This document shows positions 9,592 through 19,154 of a stretch of DNA of 64,000 nt, piece after piece. The stretch lies in the NCBI GenBank assembly GCA_963712745.1, contig CAVQJC010000004.1:96001-160000 (forward strand), read 5' to 3'. Numbering within the stretch: position 1 is the first letter of the stretch; every line of letters starts with the position of its first letter. Source of the stretch: an uncultured Chloroflexia bacterium. Lineage in GTDB: Bacteria > Chloroflexota > Limnocylindria > Limnocylindrales > CSP1-4. The notes under the pieces are model-generated. The model did not search any database, had not been told where the DNA came from, and saw only the letters and a list, made by a program, of their open reading frames with translations. Made by a program: the position numbers and the translations under genes.

Positions 9592-10455
9592 ATGGGAACG
9601 TGGGGGCCGGCCGAACCGGATGCGCTTCGGCCGAGCGAGGCTGCAGCGTCGGAGGCGTGGAGCCGGCGTGTGGGCGCTCAGCGCGAGCAGCTGCACCGCC
9701 TGCGCGAGGTCGAGGATCCCGACGACTTCTACGCGCCCATGGCCAAGCGTTTCGGCCAGGATCCCCACCGCACCGATGAGCCGGCCCTGGAGGTCCTGCG
9801 CGGGATGGCACGGCCGGGTGAGACCTGGCTGGATATCGGGTCCGGCGGTGGCCGGTACTCTCTGCCGCTGGCGCTGCTGGCGCGGCGCGTCCTGGCCGTG
9901 GAGCCATCCCCGTCGATGCTCGCTGTCCTGCGCCAGGGCATGCTGGAGCACGGCCTTGACAACATCGACATCTACGAGGGTCACTGGCCACTCGAGCGCG
10001 AGTGCCCGCCGGCCGACGTCGCACTGATGGCCCACGTCGGCTACGACATCGAGGGCTTCCCGGCGTTCCTCGACGCGGCCGAGGCCGCGGTATCCGGCCG
10101 ATGCCTCGCCATCATGCGCTGCAGCAGTGCGACCGCTGCGGGGCATCTGCTGTGGCACGAGATCCATGGCGAACCGCGCATCGCCTACCCGATGCTCGAG
10201 GAGCTGGTCACGCTCCTGTTCGCTCGGGGCGTGGTTCCGGAAGTCACCCTCACCCAGCGCGGCACCTGGGGCTACGACACACGTGCAGAACTGCTCGAAG
10301 CCGCGCGAAGGCAGCTATGGCTGCGACCCGGTTCGGCCAAGGACCGGCGCCTCGTGCGGCTGATCGAGGAGCGCTCCACCGAGCGCGACCACCAATGGGC
10401 GCTCGACTGGTCCTCGATGCAGGATGGCATCGTGGCCTGGACCCCACGCGCCTGA
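9592..10455 (+). CDS. Class I SAM-dependent methyltransferase
   Basis: WLDIGSGGG motif I and VEPSPSM. Confidence 0.85.
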   Translation: MGTWGPAEPDALRPSEAAASEAWSRRVGAQREQLHRLREVEDPDDFYAPMAKRFGQDPHRTDEPALEVLRGMARPGETWLDIGSGGGRYSLPLALLARRVLAVEPSPSMLAVLRQGMLEHGLDNIDIYEGHWPLERECPPADVALMAHVGYDIEGFPAFLDAAEAAVSGRCLAIMRCSSATAAGHLLWHEIHGEPRIAYPMLEELVTLLFARGVVPEVTLTQRGTWGYDTRAELLEAARRQLWLRPGSAKDRRLVRLIEERSTERDHQWALDWSSMQDGIVAWTPRA

Positions 10456-10551
10456 GCTACGCGAGACGCTGGGCACCGCGTTCGAGCATGCCCGTGCACG
10501 CATCGCGCGGGGGGCGGGTTCGTGCCCGCTTCGCGCTCGATCCAGGGCGAT

Positions 10552-11304
10552 TCAGCCGGTGACGACTCCCGGTTCAGGAACCAGCACGTTGACGTCGCCT
10601 AATCCCAGGTGCTCGAGCTCCTCGCGCAGTTCGGCGGGCGTCCCGGCCAGGACCGGGAACGTGCCGTAGTGGATGGGAACGACCGTGGAGCAGCCGAGCA
10701 GTTCCACGGCGCGGGCCGCAGCCGGGGGATCCATGGTGAAGTGACCGCCGATGGGCAGGAAGGCCACGTCGGGCCGGTGCAGCTCACCGATCAGGCGCAT
10801 GTCGCCGAAGAGTGCGGTATCGCCCGCGTGGTACACACGCGTACCGTTCTCGAGCTCGATGACGAAGCCCACCGCTTCACCCAGATAGAGCGGGACGCCA
10901 TCGTCCGGCAGGAGGTCCCCCGCGGAGTGGTCGGCATGGACCATGCTCACGCGCACGTCACCGAGCTGCACCGATCCGCCCTTGTTCATGCCCATGACGT
11001 CCGCGCCTGTCTCCTGGGCACCGAGCCACAGACTCAACTCGTGGATGCAGGGCCAGGCCGGCCGCGTACGCCGCGCGATGGTCAGGGCATCGGCGGACGC
11101 CACCTCGCCGGGCATGGACCCGAGATGGTCGTGGTGGCCGTGCGTGACGAGCATCACGTCGCACCGATCGATGGCCTCCGGCCCCGCAGGCGAGCGGGGA
11201 TTGCCGAGCCACGGATCGATGAGGATGCGCGTCCCGGCGGCGGTCTCGAGATGGACGGCCGAATGACCGTACCAGGTGAATCGGAACCCTAGATCCTCGC
11301 TCAT
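10552..11304 (-). CDS. Metal-dependent hydrolase, MBL fold (UPF0173)
   Basis: WYGHS, IDPW, THGHHDH, HAGDT, LPIGGHFTM and PIHYGTFP; AGGAG RBS. Confidence 0.9.
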   Translation of the reverse strand: MSEDLGFRFTWYGHSAVHLETAAGTRILIDPWLGNPRSPAGPEAIDRCDVMLVTHGHHDHLGSMPGEVASADALTIARRTRPAWPCIHELSLWLGAQETGADVMGMNKGGSVQLGDVRVSMVHADHSAGDLLPDDGVPLYLGEAVGFVIELENGTRVYHAGDTALFGDMRLIGELHRPDVAFLPIGGHFTMDPPAAARAVELLGCSTVVPIHYGTFPVLAGTPAELREELEHLGLGDVNVLVPEPGVVTG

Positions 11305-11387
11305 CGGTCTCCTCCGGTCGCGCTCAGGGATGACATGAGCATCCTAGCCACTCAAGACGCTGGCCTGCAGTCGCTATGCTGGCGGGC

Positions 11388-12026
11388 ATGAAGGTGCTGC
11401 GACTGACCACCGGGCCGGTGGGTACGAACGTCTGGGTCCTTGGTGATCTGCGCACACGCGAGGCCATCGCCGTCGATACGGCCACGCCGTCCGTCCGTTG
11501 GCTTACCCAGACCCTTGGCGACGAGGGCTGGAGTCTGCGATATATCGTGACCACACACAGCCATTGGGACCACATCGGCGACAACGCCGAGGCCGTCATC
11601 GCGACCGGTGCCACGCTGGCGGTCCACCGCGCGGACCGCCCGGGTCTCGAGCGGCCCGACCCCATGGCCGCCCCGTTCCCCATCCCGCCCAGCCTACCTG
11701 CCCTCGACCTGGCCGAGGGTTCGCGCATCAGGTTCGGCGATGTCGATCTCCAAGTGCTGCACACGCCGGGGCACACCGAGGGCTCGGTCTGCCTCGTCAG
11801 CCACGACGAGCGTGTGCTGCTTTCTGGCGACACCCTCTTCGCGGGCGCCTGGGGCCGGACCGACCTGCCCGGCGGGGATGCCGAGGCGATGGTCGATTCG
11901 CTCTCGCGCCTGGCGACGCTCGAGGACGGGCTGACCGTGCTGCCCGGACATGGTCCGGAAACGACGATCGGCCGCGAGCGCGCGTGGCTGCAAACGGTAG
12001 CGCAAGAGCACAAGCTGCCCTTCTAG
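11388..12026 (+). CDS. MBL-fold hydrolase (glyoxalase II-like)
   Basis: THSHWDH, HTPGHTEG, SGDTLF..GRTDLPGG and LPGHG. Confidence 0.9.
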   Translation: MKVLRLTTGPVGTNVWVLGDLRTREAIAVDTATPSVRWLTQTLGDEGWSLRYIVTTHSHWDHIGDNAEAVIATGATLAVHRADRPGLERPDPMAAPFPIPPSLPALDLAEGSRIRFGDVDLQVLHTPGHTEGSVCLVSHDERVLLSGDTLFAGAWGRTDLPGGDAEAMVDSLSRLATLEDGLTVLPGHGPETTIGRERAWLQTVAQEHKLPF

Positions 12027-12080
12027 TCAGCAGCGCAGCCGGGGCTTGGCAGCGCGGCCGCAGGCCCGTTCGGAGAGGCG

Positions 12081-13193
12081 TCAGGCGAACCGGCCCGAGG
12101 CCTCCGAGTCCAGCGAGTAGACGTGCTGGGTCCCGAACCCCTTGACCTCGACCTCGCCAAGGTCACTGCAGGCGAACTCGTCCCTGATGAGCGCCCAGGT
12201 GTCCGCGCTCAACACGATCTGCATGGGGTCGGCCAGGGTCTCCATGCGGGCGGCCATGTTCACGCCAGGCCCGAAGATGTCGTAGACGTACTTCTGCACG
12301 CCCACGACCGAGCCGATGATCGGGCCGCTGTGGAGACCGATGCGACAACGCCAGGCCTCGGGGTGGGCGGCGTTGCGCCGCTCGATGTAGCGGCGCATGC
12401 GCAGCGCCACCTTGGCCAGGTTCGCGGCATGGTCGGGGTTGGACTCGGGTAGGCCCGAGACTGCCATGTAGGCATCTCCCATCGTCTTGAGGCGCTCGCA
12501 GCCATAGAGCTCGACGATACGGTCAAAGGCACTGAAGATGTCGTTCAGCTCGGCGATGGTCGAGGTAGGGTCGTTGGCGACGGCCATGTTGGTGAAGCCG
12601 ACGAAGTCGAGCAGCAGCACACTGGCCGACTCGAAACGCTGGGGCGTGGTGGATCCGTAGTCGCGCAGCTCCTCGTACACTGCGCGCGGCATGATGTTGA
12701 GCAGGAGCTTCTCCGCACGCTCCTTCTCGCGCTGCAGGTCGCGCGCGTTCTTCTCCGCCATGCGCGAGTACGAGTCGAGCAGGTACTCCGCCTCCTTGCG
12801 CTTGCTGATGTTGCGGGCCTCGACCAGGGCCACCTCGCGGTCTTCGTGCTTGAGCCGCCGAACCTCGATCTCCGTGGTCACGGTGCGGGCGCCGCTGGTG
12901 ACATCGGTCTCCCAGCTGAAACGACGACCCTTCTCGAGCTTGCCCGTGACCGCGTCGAGGTCGAGTCCGGGCATGCGCTCGCCCAGCGGGGCATCGACGT
13001 CCGCCTCAGGCCCGAACCACTCGAAGAACAGCCCGTTCTCGTAGAGGATCGCCCAGCTCGAAGGGTCCACGATGGCGACCGCGCTGCCGATGGAGCGTAG
13101 AGCCAGGTCGGACAGCGAGATGGGCTCGGAGGACTGGGCCAGTTCGGCTGCCTGCTCGCTGGCCGTCGTGTCGACCGGCTGCTCGGTGGTCAT
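12081..13193 (-). CDS. Class III adenylate cyclase with N-terminal PAS-like domain and signalling helix
   Basis: EKERAEKLLLNIMP helix; DFVGFT, KTMGDAYM and YDIFGPGVNMAARME with the ATP-specifying Lys/Asp and catalytic Asn/Arg. Confidence 0.9.
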   Translation of the reverse strand: MTTEQPVDTTASEQAAELAQSSEPISLSDLALRSIGSAVAIVDPSSWAILYENGLFFEWFGPEADVDAPLGERMPGLDLDAVTGKLEKGRRFSWETDVTSGARTVTTEIEVRRLKHEDREVALVEARNISKRKEAEYLLDSYSRMAEKNARDLQREKERAEKLLLNIMPRAVYEELRDYGSTTPQRFESASVLLLDFVGFTNMAVANDPTSTIAELNDIFSAFDRIVELYGCERLKTMGDAYMAVSGLPESNPDHAANLAKVALRMRRYIERRNAAHPEAWRCRIGLHSGPIIGSVVGVQKYVYDIFGPGVNMAARMETLADPMQIVLSADTWALIRDEFACSDLGEVEVKGFGTQHVYSLDSEASGRFA

Positions 13194-13549
13194 GCGGTCA
13201 CGACGAGGTGTTCGCGGATGACGATCTCGTGCATCACGGTGGCCACATCGGCCGGAGGCATGTCATGGTCCTCCATGGCTTCCTTGAGCAGGCTACTCAT
13301 GACCACGAAGGCCTCGTGTGTGATGCCCAGCCGGGCATGGACCCGCTGCAGATGATCGTCGCTGTAGGAGCCCGGGCCGCCCATCACCGTGGAGATGAAC
13401 TTCGACTGATGGTCGATCTGCCGGCGCATGTCGATGCCTGCGAAGTAGGGCGCCATGACCTCATCCTCGAGGACGTAATCGTAGAAGGTCGACACGACCT
13501 TGCGCACGGTCGCGAAGCCGCCGTTGCGCTCGAAGATCGTCTGCTGCAT
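13190..13549 (-). CDS. Group I truncated haemoglobin (2/2 globin)
   Basis: IFERNGG..V..VV..FY (TyrB10), PYF (PheCD1), Q..HQ..F…GGP.Y and proximal His in QRVHARLGIT. Confidence 0.88.
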   Translation of the reverse strand: MQQTIFERNGGFATVRKVVSTFYDYVLEDEVMAPYFAGIDMRRQIDHQSKFISTVMGGPGSYSDDHLQRVHARLGITHEAFVVMSSLLKEAMEDHDMPPADVATVMHEIVIREHLVVTA

Positions 13550-13623
13550 GTTCTGACCTCGAATGGGTCCGCGGAACCGGCCAAGCCTACACGCTCCGGC
13601 CCCGCCCGCGCGATAGACGCCCA

Positions 13624-14631
13624 TCAGGGCGCGAGAGGCATGTGCCACTCGGTGGCGATGCGGTCCGCGACGAACCCGTGGCGCTCATAGAGGGTCAGGG
13701 CCTGGTTGGCGTTCTCGGTGTCTACGTCGAGTTGGGCCGAGGTCATCCCGCGCTCCCGCAGCCGGAGGAGCGCTCGGGCGAGCAACGCCGACGCGAGTCC
13801 GCGTCGGCGCCACGGCCGGCGCACGTAGACCGGGTCCAGCCAGCCGCGCAGATAGCTGTTGGACTCGTTCTCCGCAGCATGGACCTCTCCGTGCACGCCG
13901 CCAGCGATCTGGTGCCCATCGAAGGCGATGATCATCAGCGACGGTTCGGTGGTCGGGCTCTCGACCCAGGCGCGAAAGCTCTCCTCGCTGGTGTCCTCGG
14001 CGCCGAAGTGGTCGCGAAAGGCCTCGATCAAGGCGTCCCAGATCGCCCGCAGGTGTACGTCGGACACCGGCCGAACCTCCAGGCCGGCCGGCATCGGTGG
14101 GACCTCGATGTCCTCGAGCCGCCCGCGGGTCAGGTGGCGATAGAGGCGCACCTGCCGATATCCCAGGCGGCGGGCGAGGGCGATGCCTCCGCTGTCGCCG
14201 CCTCTGAGCCAGGGCACTGTCAGCAGCCTCTCACCCGCGAGATCGTGGCCGGCCGCGATGGACGTGAGCCGATCGATGTTGCGCCGCCACATGGCGGTCC
14301 CGATGCCGCGCCGCCGCCAGCTGGGATGGACGTCTCCCCACGACTGGTAGTAGCGGGCGCGGCCGTCGGGTGTGTCGGCCCAGGTCAACTGGGACCGGGC
14401 CACGAGGCGGTCGCCGATGAAGCCCAGGATCAGGTCCTGGCTGGGGTCGACGTTGGTCAGGTGGCGTGTCTCGACCCTGAGCTGTTCGGGTTCGACGCGA
14501 GTAGTGTCACCATCCGCGGCGAAGCTGACAGACATCAGTTCGGCCATCGCGGGGATGTCCGCCTCGTCACGGTACGGACGGAAGTGGAGGCCGGGAACGG
14601 CCCGGACGCGGGGCAGCAGAGGCTCAGTCAT
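13624..14631 (-). CDS. Tandem-domain GNAT acetyltransferase
   Basis: Two acetyl-CoA motifs (VHPSWRRRGIG; VRRPWRRRGLA) and LDVDTENANQALTLYERHGF. Confidence 0.88.
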   Translation of the reverse strand: MTEPLLPRVRAVPGLHFRPYRDEADIPAMAELMSVSFAADGDTTRVEPEQLRVETRHLTNVDPSQDLILGFIGDRLVARSQLTWADTPDGRARYYQSWGDVHPSWRRRGIGTAMWRRNIDRLTSIAAGHDLAGERLLTVPWLRGGDSGGIALARRLGYRQVRLYRHLTRGRLEDIEVPPMPAGLEVRPVSDVHLRAIWDALIEAFRDHFGAEDTSEESFRAWVESPTTEPSLMIIAFDGHQIAGGVHGEVHAAENESNSYLRGWLDPVYVRRPWRRRGLASALLARALLRLRERGMTSAQLDVDTENANQALTLYERHGFVADRIATEWHMPLAP

Positions 14632-15646
14632 CGCCCAACGGCAGGGGTTTGTGCCACTCGGACGCCGAACGGTCGACCGCGTAGCGGTGGCGTTGGTAGA
14701 GGGTCAGGGCGTTGTTGGCGTTCTCGGAGTCGACGCCCAGCTGGGCAGAGGTCATGCCCCGATCCTTCAGCTGGCGCAGCGAGCGCCCGAGCAGGGCATA
14801 GGCCAGTCCCCGCCGGCGCCACTGGCGCCGGGTGAACACGGGGTCGGTCCATCCGCGCAGGTATCCGTTGGCCTCGTTCTCGTCGGGATCGATGGCTCCC
14901 TGGACGCCCGCCGCGATCTCATCTGCATCGAAGGCGATGACCAGCAGCTCCGGCTCCATCAGCGGGTCCTCTGCCCATCGCCGGTACGCTCCGGCGGAGA
15001 AGTCGTGTCCGCCGAAATGATCACGGAAGGCCTCGCTCGCGGCGGCCCAGATCTGCGGCAGCATGGCGCGCGTGATCGGCCGCACCTCGATGCCGTCCGG
15101 CAGCGGTGCCACCTCGATGTCCTCCATGTCCGGCCGCGTCATGTGGTGGTAGACACGCACCTTGCGGTATCCGCGCTGCCGGGCCAGCTCGATGCCGCCG
15201 GTGTTGGGATCGTCGAGCCAGGTGGTGAGCTTGCACGGCCCGGGGTACGCCTGACGGGCCGCGAGGTCTCGTAATCGCGTCTCGGCCTGGGCCATCATCG
15301 CTCGACCAAGCCCTCGGCGTCGCCAGTCCGGGTGCATGATCCCGAGGCTTCGGTAGTGGCGCTCGCCGTCGGCGGTATCGGCGTACTCGATCGACGAATA
15401 GGCCACCAGGCGGTCGCCGACGAAGGCGAGCACCATCGCCTCTCCCGGACCCACGTGCGAGGGACTGCCCAGCTCGTTCCGCATCATCTCGACGCTCCAG
15501 CGTTCGGTCTCACCGTTGGCCTCGTTGAAGGCATTGGCGACCTCGACCATGGCCGGGATGTCGGCCTCGCCGCCATAGGCACGCAAGCGGAGACCAGGGA
15601 TAGGGGGCGCATCGGGGATGTCGAGCCGGGTGCTGGTCTTGTCCAT
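14624..15646 (-). CDS. Tandem-domain GNAT acetyltransferase (paralogue of its neighbour)
   Basis: HPDWRRRGLG, TRRQWRRRGLA and LGVDSENANNALTLY; collinear with 13624..14631. Confidence 0.88.
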   Translation of the reverse strand: MDKTSTRLDIPDAPPIPGLRLRAYGGEADIPAMVEVANAFNEANGETERWSVEMMRNELGSPSHVGPGEAMVLAFVGDRLVAYSSIEYADTADGERHYRSLGIMHPDWRRRGLGRAMMAQAETRLRDLAARQAYPGPCKLTTWLDDPNTGGIELARQRGYRKVRVYHHMTRPDMEDIEVAPLPDGIEVRPITRAMLPQIWAAASEAFRDHFGGHDFSAGAYRRWAEDPLMEPELLVIAFDADEIAAGVQGAIDPDENEANGYLRGWTDPVFTRRQWRRRGLAYALLGRSLRQLKDRGMTSAQLGVDSENANNALTLYQRHRYAVDRSASEWHKPLPLGDD

Positions 15647-15650
15647 CGTC

Positions 15651-16757
15651 TCAGTACTTCCCACCCTTGCGCTGCTTGAGCTCCCTCTTGTGCTGCTTGA
15701 AGAACTTGCCCAGCTTGCGGTCGGCTTCGCGACGGGCGCGCGCGTCCGCACGGAGCTCCGCGCTGTACCGCTCGGCTTCGAGCTTCTGATGGCTCGACAG
15801 CCGCTCCGGCGACAGGGTACCGGCCTTCATCGCGGCTCGGACCGCGCAGCCCGGCTCGGTCTCATGGCGGCAATCGGAGAATCGACAGGCGCGAGCGAGG
15901 GTCTCGACCTCCTCGAAGGTGGCCTGCACCGACCCGCTCTCGCCGAGGATCCCGACGGTGCGGAGTCCGGGGGTATCGATGACCAGGCCACCGCCGGGCA
16001 GGACGAACAGCTCGCGGCGCGTCGTGGTGTGGCGGCCCCTGCTGTCGTCTTCGCGCAGCTCTCGAGTGACCTGGCGGTCCTCGTCCAGAAGGGCATTCGT
16101 GATGGTCGATTTACCCACCCCGGACGAGCCCAGCAGGCAGGCAGTGAGGCCGGGCGACAGGTACTCACGCAACTCCTCGAGACCGGTGCGGTCGATAGCG
16201 CTGGTGACCACGACCCGGGTGCCGGCGGCGACCGAATGCACATCGGACACGGCTCGCTGCAGGTCACGGGCGATGTCGACCTTGTTGAGCACGACCACCG
16301 GGGTCACGCCGCCGTCGAGCGCGAGTACGAGATAGCGCTCGATGCGGCGCAGGTTCAGATCGTGGTCGAGGCCCGAGACGAGGAAGGCTACGTCCACGTT
16401 GGCAGCCAGGACCTGGGGCCGGCCGTCGGAGGGACGCTGGCGCATGAAGGTGCCGCCGCGAGGCAGCACCGCACGCAGTGCCGTCTGTGGTGGGTGTTCT
16501 GACAGTGGCTCGAGGGCCAGCCAGTCACCCACCGCCGGCAGGGAGGTTCGGTCGCCCGCCTCCCGGGCGAAGCGGCGCTGGACGATGACCTCGGTGGGGC
16601 CGGGCTCGATCACGGCCAGGGTCGTGCCGCCAGTGCTGATGACCCGCCCCGGCAGCAGACCGACGGCCGCGTGGGGGGCGAAGCTCCTGGCGCGGTCCGC
16701 CGTCCAGCCCAGACTGGAGAAGGCAGGTACGACCGGGTCCATACGCTCAGTGTCCAT
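15651..16757 (-). CDS. rsgA: Ribosome small subunit-dependent GTPase A (long form)
   Basis: Circularly permuted G motifs NKVD, GSSGVGKST, GRHTT and DTPG; Zn finger CRFSDCRHETEPGC; PAVGDW. Confidence 0.93.
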   Translation of the reverse strand: MDTERMDPVVPAFSSLGWTADRARSFAPHAAVGLLPGRVISTGGTTLAVIEPGPTEVIVQRRFAREAGDRTSLPAVGDWLALEPLSEHPPQTALRAVLPRGGTFMRQRPSDGRPQVLAANVDVAFLVSGLDHDLNLRRIERYLVLALDGGVTPVVVLNKVDIARDLQRAVSDVHSVAAGTRVVVTSAIDRTGLEELREYLSPGLTACLLGSSGVGKSTITNALLDEDRQVTRELREDDSRGRHTTTRRELFVLPGGGLVIDTPGLRTVGILGESGSVQATFEEVETLARACRFSDCRHETEPGCAVRAAMKAGTLSPERLSSHQKLEAERYSAELRADARARREADRKLGKFFKQHKRELKQRKGGKY

Positions 16758-16819
16758 CAGCCGACCCGCTTGCACATGCCGGGCGGCTGATGGGCGAGTC
16801 GGGCAGCCAGCAGTGGCAT
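16757..16819 (-). promoter_or_regulatory. Putative 20-aa leader peptide MPLLAARLAHQPPGMCKRVG with a hairpin over the rsgA start
   Basis: TGATG stop/start overlap at 16755-16759; inverted repeat 16754-16763/16784-16793; TACGCT -10 box 9 nt upstream of ATG 16819. Confidence 0.5.
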
Positions 16820-17005
16820 GGTGGCCTTAGCGTATCCGCTGTGCCGCGATAGGGGCGCTCTGTGACGCCGAGGACCGGCCGAAATGTGTGGCGATGCTCG
16901 AGCCAGCCGAAGGCTGGGGCGTGGACGCCGTCCATGCCTGGGGCCAGTGGATCTGACCGCATCGTTCGGTGGCCGGGTCGAACCGATGTGGCTGATACTT
17001 GCGCC

Positions 17006-17740
17006 ATGGATGCGCCCAACGCTGCCGCGCTGCTCCAGCGCGGCGCCCTCGCCCCCGGAACGGCCGCGTTGGTCTGGCTGCTGGTCGACGGTGGCGTGCC
17101 CCTGCTGGTGGCCGGGCACTCGCCGCGAACCGAACGGGTGCAGCTGGCGGCGGCATTGCTGGCGGTCGACCCGTCCCGCAAGTGGATCGTGCTCGATGGA
17201 GATGCCGACGACATCTCCACGCATCGGTTGTCGGCCATCATGCGTGGAGGCGTGGCCCTCGGCATCACCCTGGCGGCGAGTCGTCTTGAAGATGTCATCG
17301 ACCGGTTGGAGGCAGGTGGGTTGCCCCAAGACGCGGTGCGCCGGCTAGGCGTGGTCGTCATCGCCGAGGAGACGACGGTCGGCCTGCGCTGCCGGGTCGT
17401 GCACTATCTGCGGCCGACCGAACGTGACGCACAGGGCCATGTCCAGCGCCGTCCTCCGGCCGTCCTGTCCGCCTGGGACCCGGGCGCAGACGCCCATGAA
17501 GACTTCGCGTGGGGCATCACCCCGGAGCTGGCTGACCGAGTCGACCGCTCCCAGGCGGACCTGGAGGAACGGCAGGCGGACCGCGCCCGCCTGCTCGAGG
17601 GCCTGGTCCGGAGTGTCCCGGTCGACTTCGGGGTGCGGGTCTCGGCATATCTCGCGACCGAGCCCCCGCGAGTCCCGGCTCCGAAGCATCCCCCGGCCCG
17701 ATCTTCGCCGTTCCACGGCGGCCTCACAGATCCCCACTAG
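17006..17740 (+). CDS. Hypothetical protein resembling a VirB11/CpaF-type ATPase with a degenerate P-loop
   Basis: LLQRGAL…AALVWLLVDGGVPLLVAGHSPRTERVQLAAALL resembles the Walker A region but lacks GKT. Confidence 0.5.
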   Translation: MDAPNAAALLQRGALAPGTAALVWLLVDGGVPLLVAGHSPRTERVQLAAALLAVDPSRKWIVLDGDADDISTHRLSAIMRGGVALGITLAASRLEDVIDRLEAGGLPQDAVRRLGVVVIAEETTVGLRCRVVHYLRPTERDAQGHVQRRPPAVLSAWDPGADAHEDFAWGITPELADRVDRSQADLEERQADRARLLEGLVRSVPVDFGVRVSAYLATEPPRVPAPKHPPARSSPFHGGLTDPH

Positions 17741-17784
17741 CAGGCCCTGCTGCTGGTCAGGGCCCAGCCCCCGTGGGCGCCTTC

Positions 17785-18984
17785 CTAGGGGCCGGTCGGC
17801 GCCTTCAGACGGGCAACCACGCGACCGCGTGCATCGAGGAAGCGCAACTGGGCTTGGTCGCGGTCGAGCAGGACGGTCGCCCGGAGCGCAGCCAGGATGT
17901 TCTTCTCGGCCTCTGCAGCGGCACAGTCCACGTCGCCGGCGCCGCTGATGTCCGCGAAGGTGAGGAACAGCCCATCGGACACGTACGATCCCGAGATCGG
18001 GCCACACGGTCCTTCGCCGCCGGCGGTCCCGCCATCGAACCAGAGCGCCACGGGCGTCCCTGAGCCTGTGGCCCGCGACTTGGCAAGCACCCAGGTGGAA
18101 CCCTCGAGCGGCTGGGTACTGACGTACTCGAGCGTATCGCCGCTGTCAGCCGAGGTGAGGCGAAGATGGTCCGGCCTGAGCTCGACCCGCAGGGCCGTCG
18201 CGTCGAGGACGGCCACGATCGCGTCTTCCTGTGCCTGTGCCGTCTCGGAGCAGGGAGCGCCGGTGCTGTCGAGCTCGCCGAGGCTCATGACGTCGGCGTG
18301 GCGGAAGAACTCGCCAACGATGGCATTGCAGCCGCTCGAGGCGCTCAGTCGGCCCGAGCTGTAGCGTCGCGCCTCGTTCTCCTTCGCGACCCGGAAGGAC
18401 GCGACCGCCGGCAGGTCCGTCATGGCTGCGACGCGTGCTCCGCCAGTGGTGTAGGACTCCAGCCGCCACTCGGCCGCACCGAGGGCCCCGATCTCGTCGA
18501 GGCCGAATCGCAGCAGTTCCTGACCGCTCGCGTCGCGCAGCACCAGCTCGTCTTCACCAGCGCCGGGGGCTCGGCGGATCTCGTAGCTGGCAGCCTTGCG
18601 CAGGCCGTCCTGCAGGCCCAATTGGACGACGGTGGTCTGCTCGGCGCAGTCGTTCTTCTGCAGGCGCTTGAGCGAGAACGAGATGGCTGCGCCGACCTGG
18701 CCGTAGTTGCCGCGGAACGCCGTGCACCCGCCGGAGGCCTCCAGCCGGCCATCGGCGAGGGTCATACGTGCGGCAACCTCGGGACCGGGCTCGCGGTCGA
18801 TGCCTTTGTAGCGGTAGGCGCGCAGGCGCCAGGGGGTGCCCTCCAAGGGGAGCGCACCGTCCGGTCGTCGGGCCATGGGCGCGGCCCCACGCGTCCCCTC
18901 ATCGGACTGCGCTGCGGCGGTGGCCGGGAGGCCGACCAGGGCCAGGGTCACCATCAGCAGCACGAGCGTCCGTAGGGGTCGCAT
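17785..18984 (-). CDS. Secreted protein with three META (HslJ) domains
   Basis: Signal peptide; three repeats of LEGT.W.L…G.GGC/SSGCN/GEGPC…C. Confidence 0.8.
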   Translation of the reverse strand: MRPLRTLVLLMVTLALVGLPATAAAQSDEGTRGAAPMARRPDGALPLEGTPWRLRAYRYKGIDREPGPEVAARMTLADGRLEASGGCTAFRGNYGQVGAAISFSLKRLQKNDCAEQTTVVQLGLQDGLRKAASYEIRRAPGAGEDELVLRDASGQELLRFGLDEIGALGAAEWRLESYTTGGARVAAMTDLPAVASFRVAKENEARRYSSGRLSASSGCNAIVGEFFRHADVMSLGELDSTGAPCSETAQAQEDAIVAVLDATALRVELRPDHLRLTSADSGDTLEYVSTQPLEGSTWVLAKSRATGSGTPVALWFDGGTAGGEGPCGPISGSYVSDGLFLTFADISGAGDVDCAAAEAEKNILAALRATVLLDRDQAQLRFLDARGRVVARLKAPTGP

Positions 18985-19154
18985 TAGGGGGCAAGTATCG
19001 GTCCCGGCCGGAAGTCACGCCAGCGTCGTACACGTTCGTGACCGCTGGACCGACTCGAGCGGGTCAACGGGCACGGGTGTGACTAGGTTGCAGGGAGTAG
19101 CATCGACACCAGAAAGCACATTTGCGTCTGCTCGACGCCCACTGGAGGTTCCAC

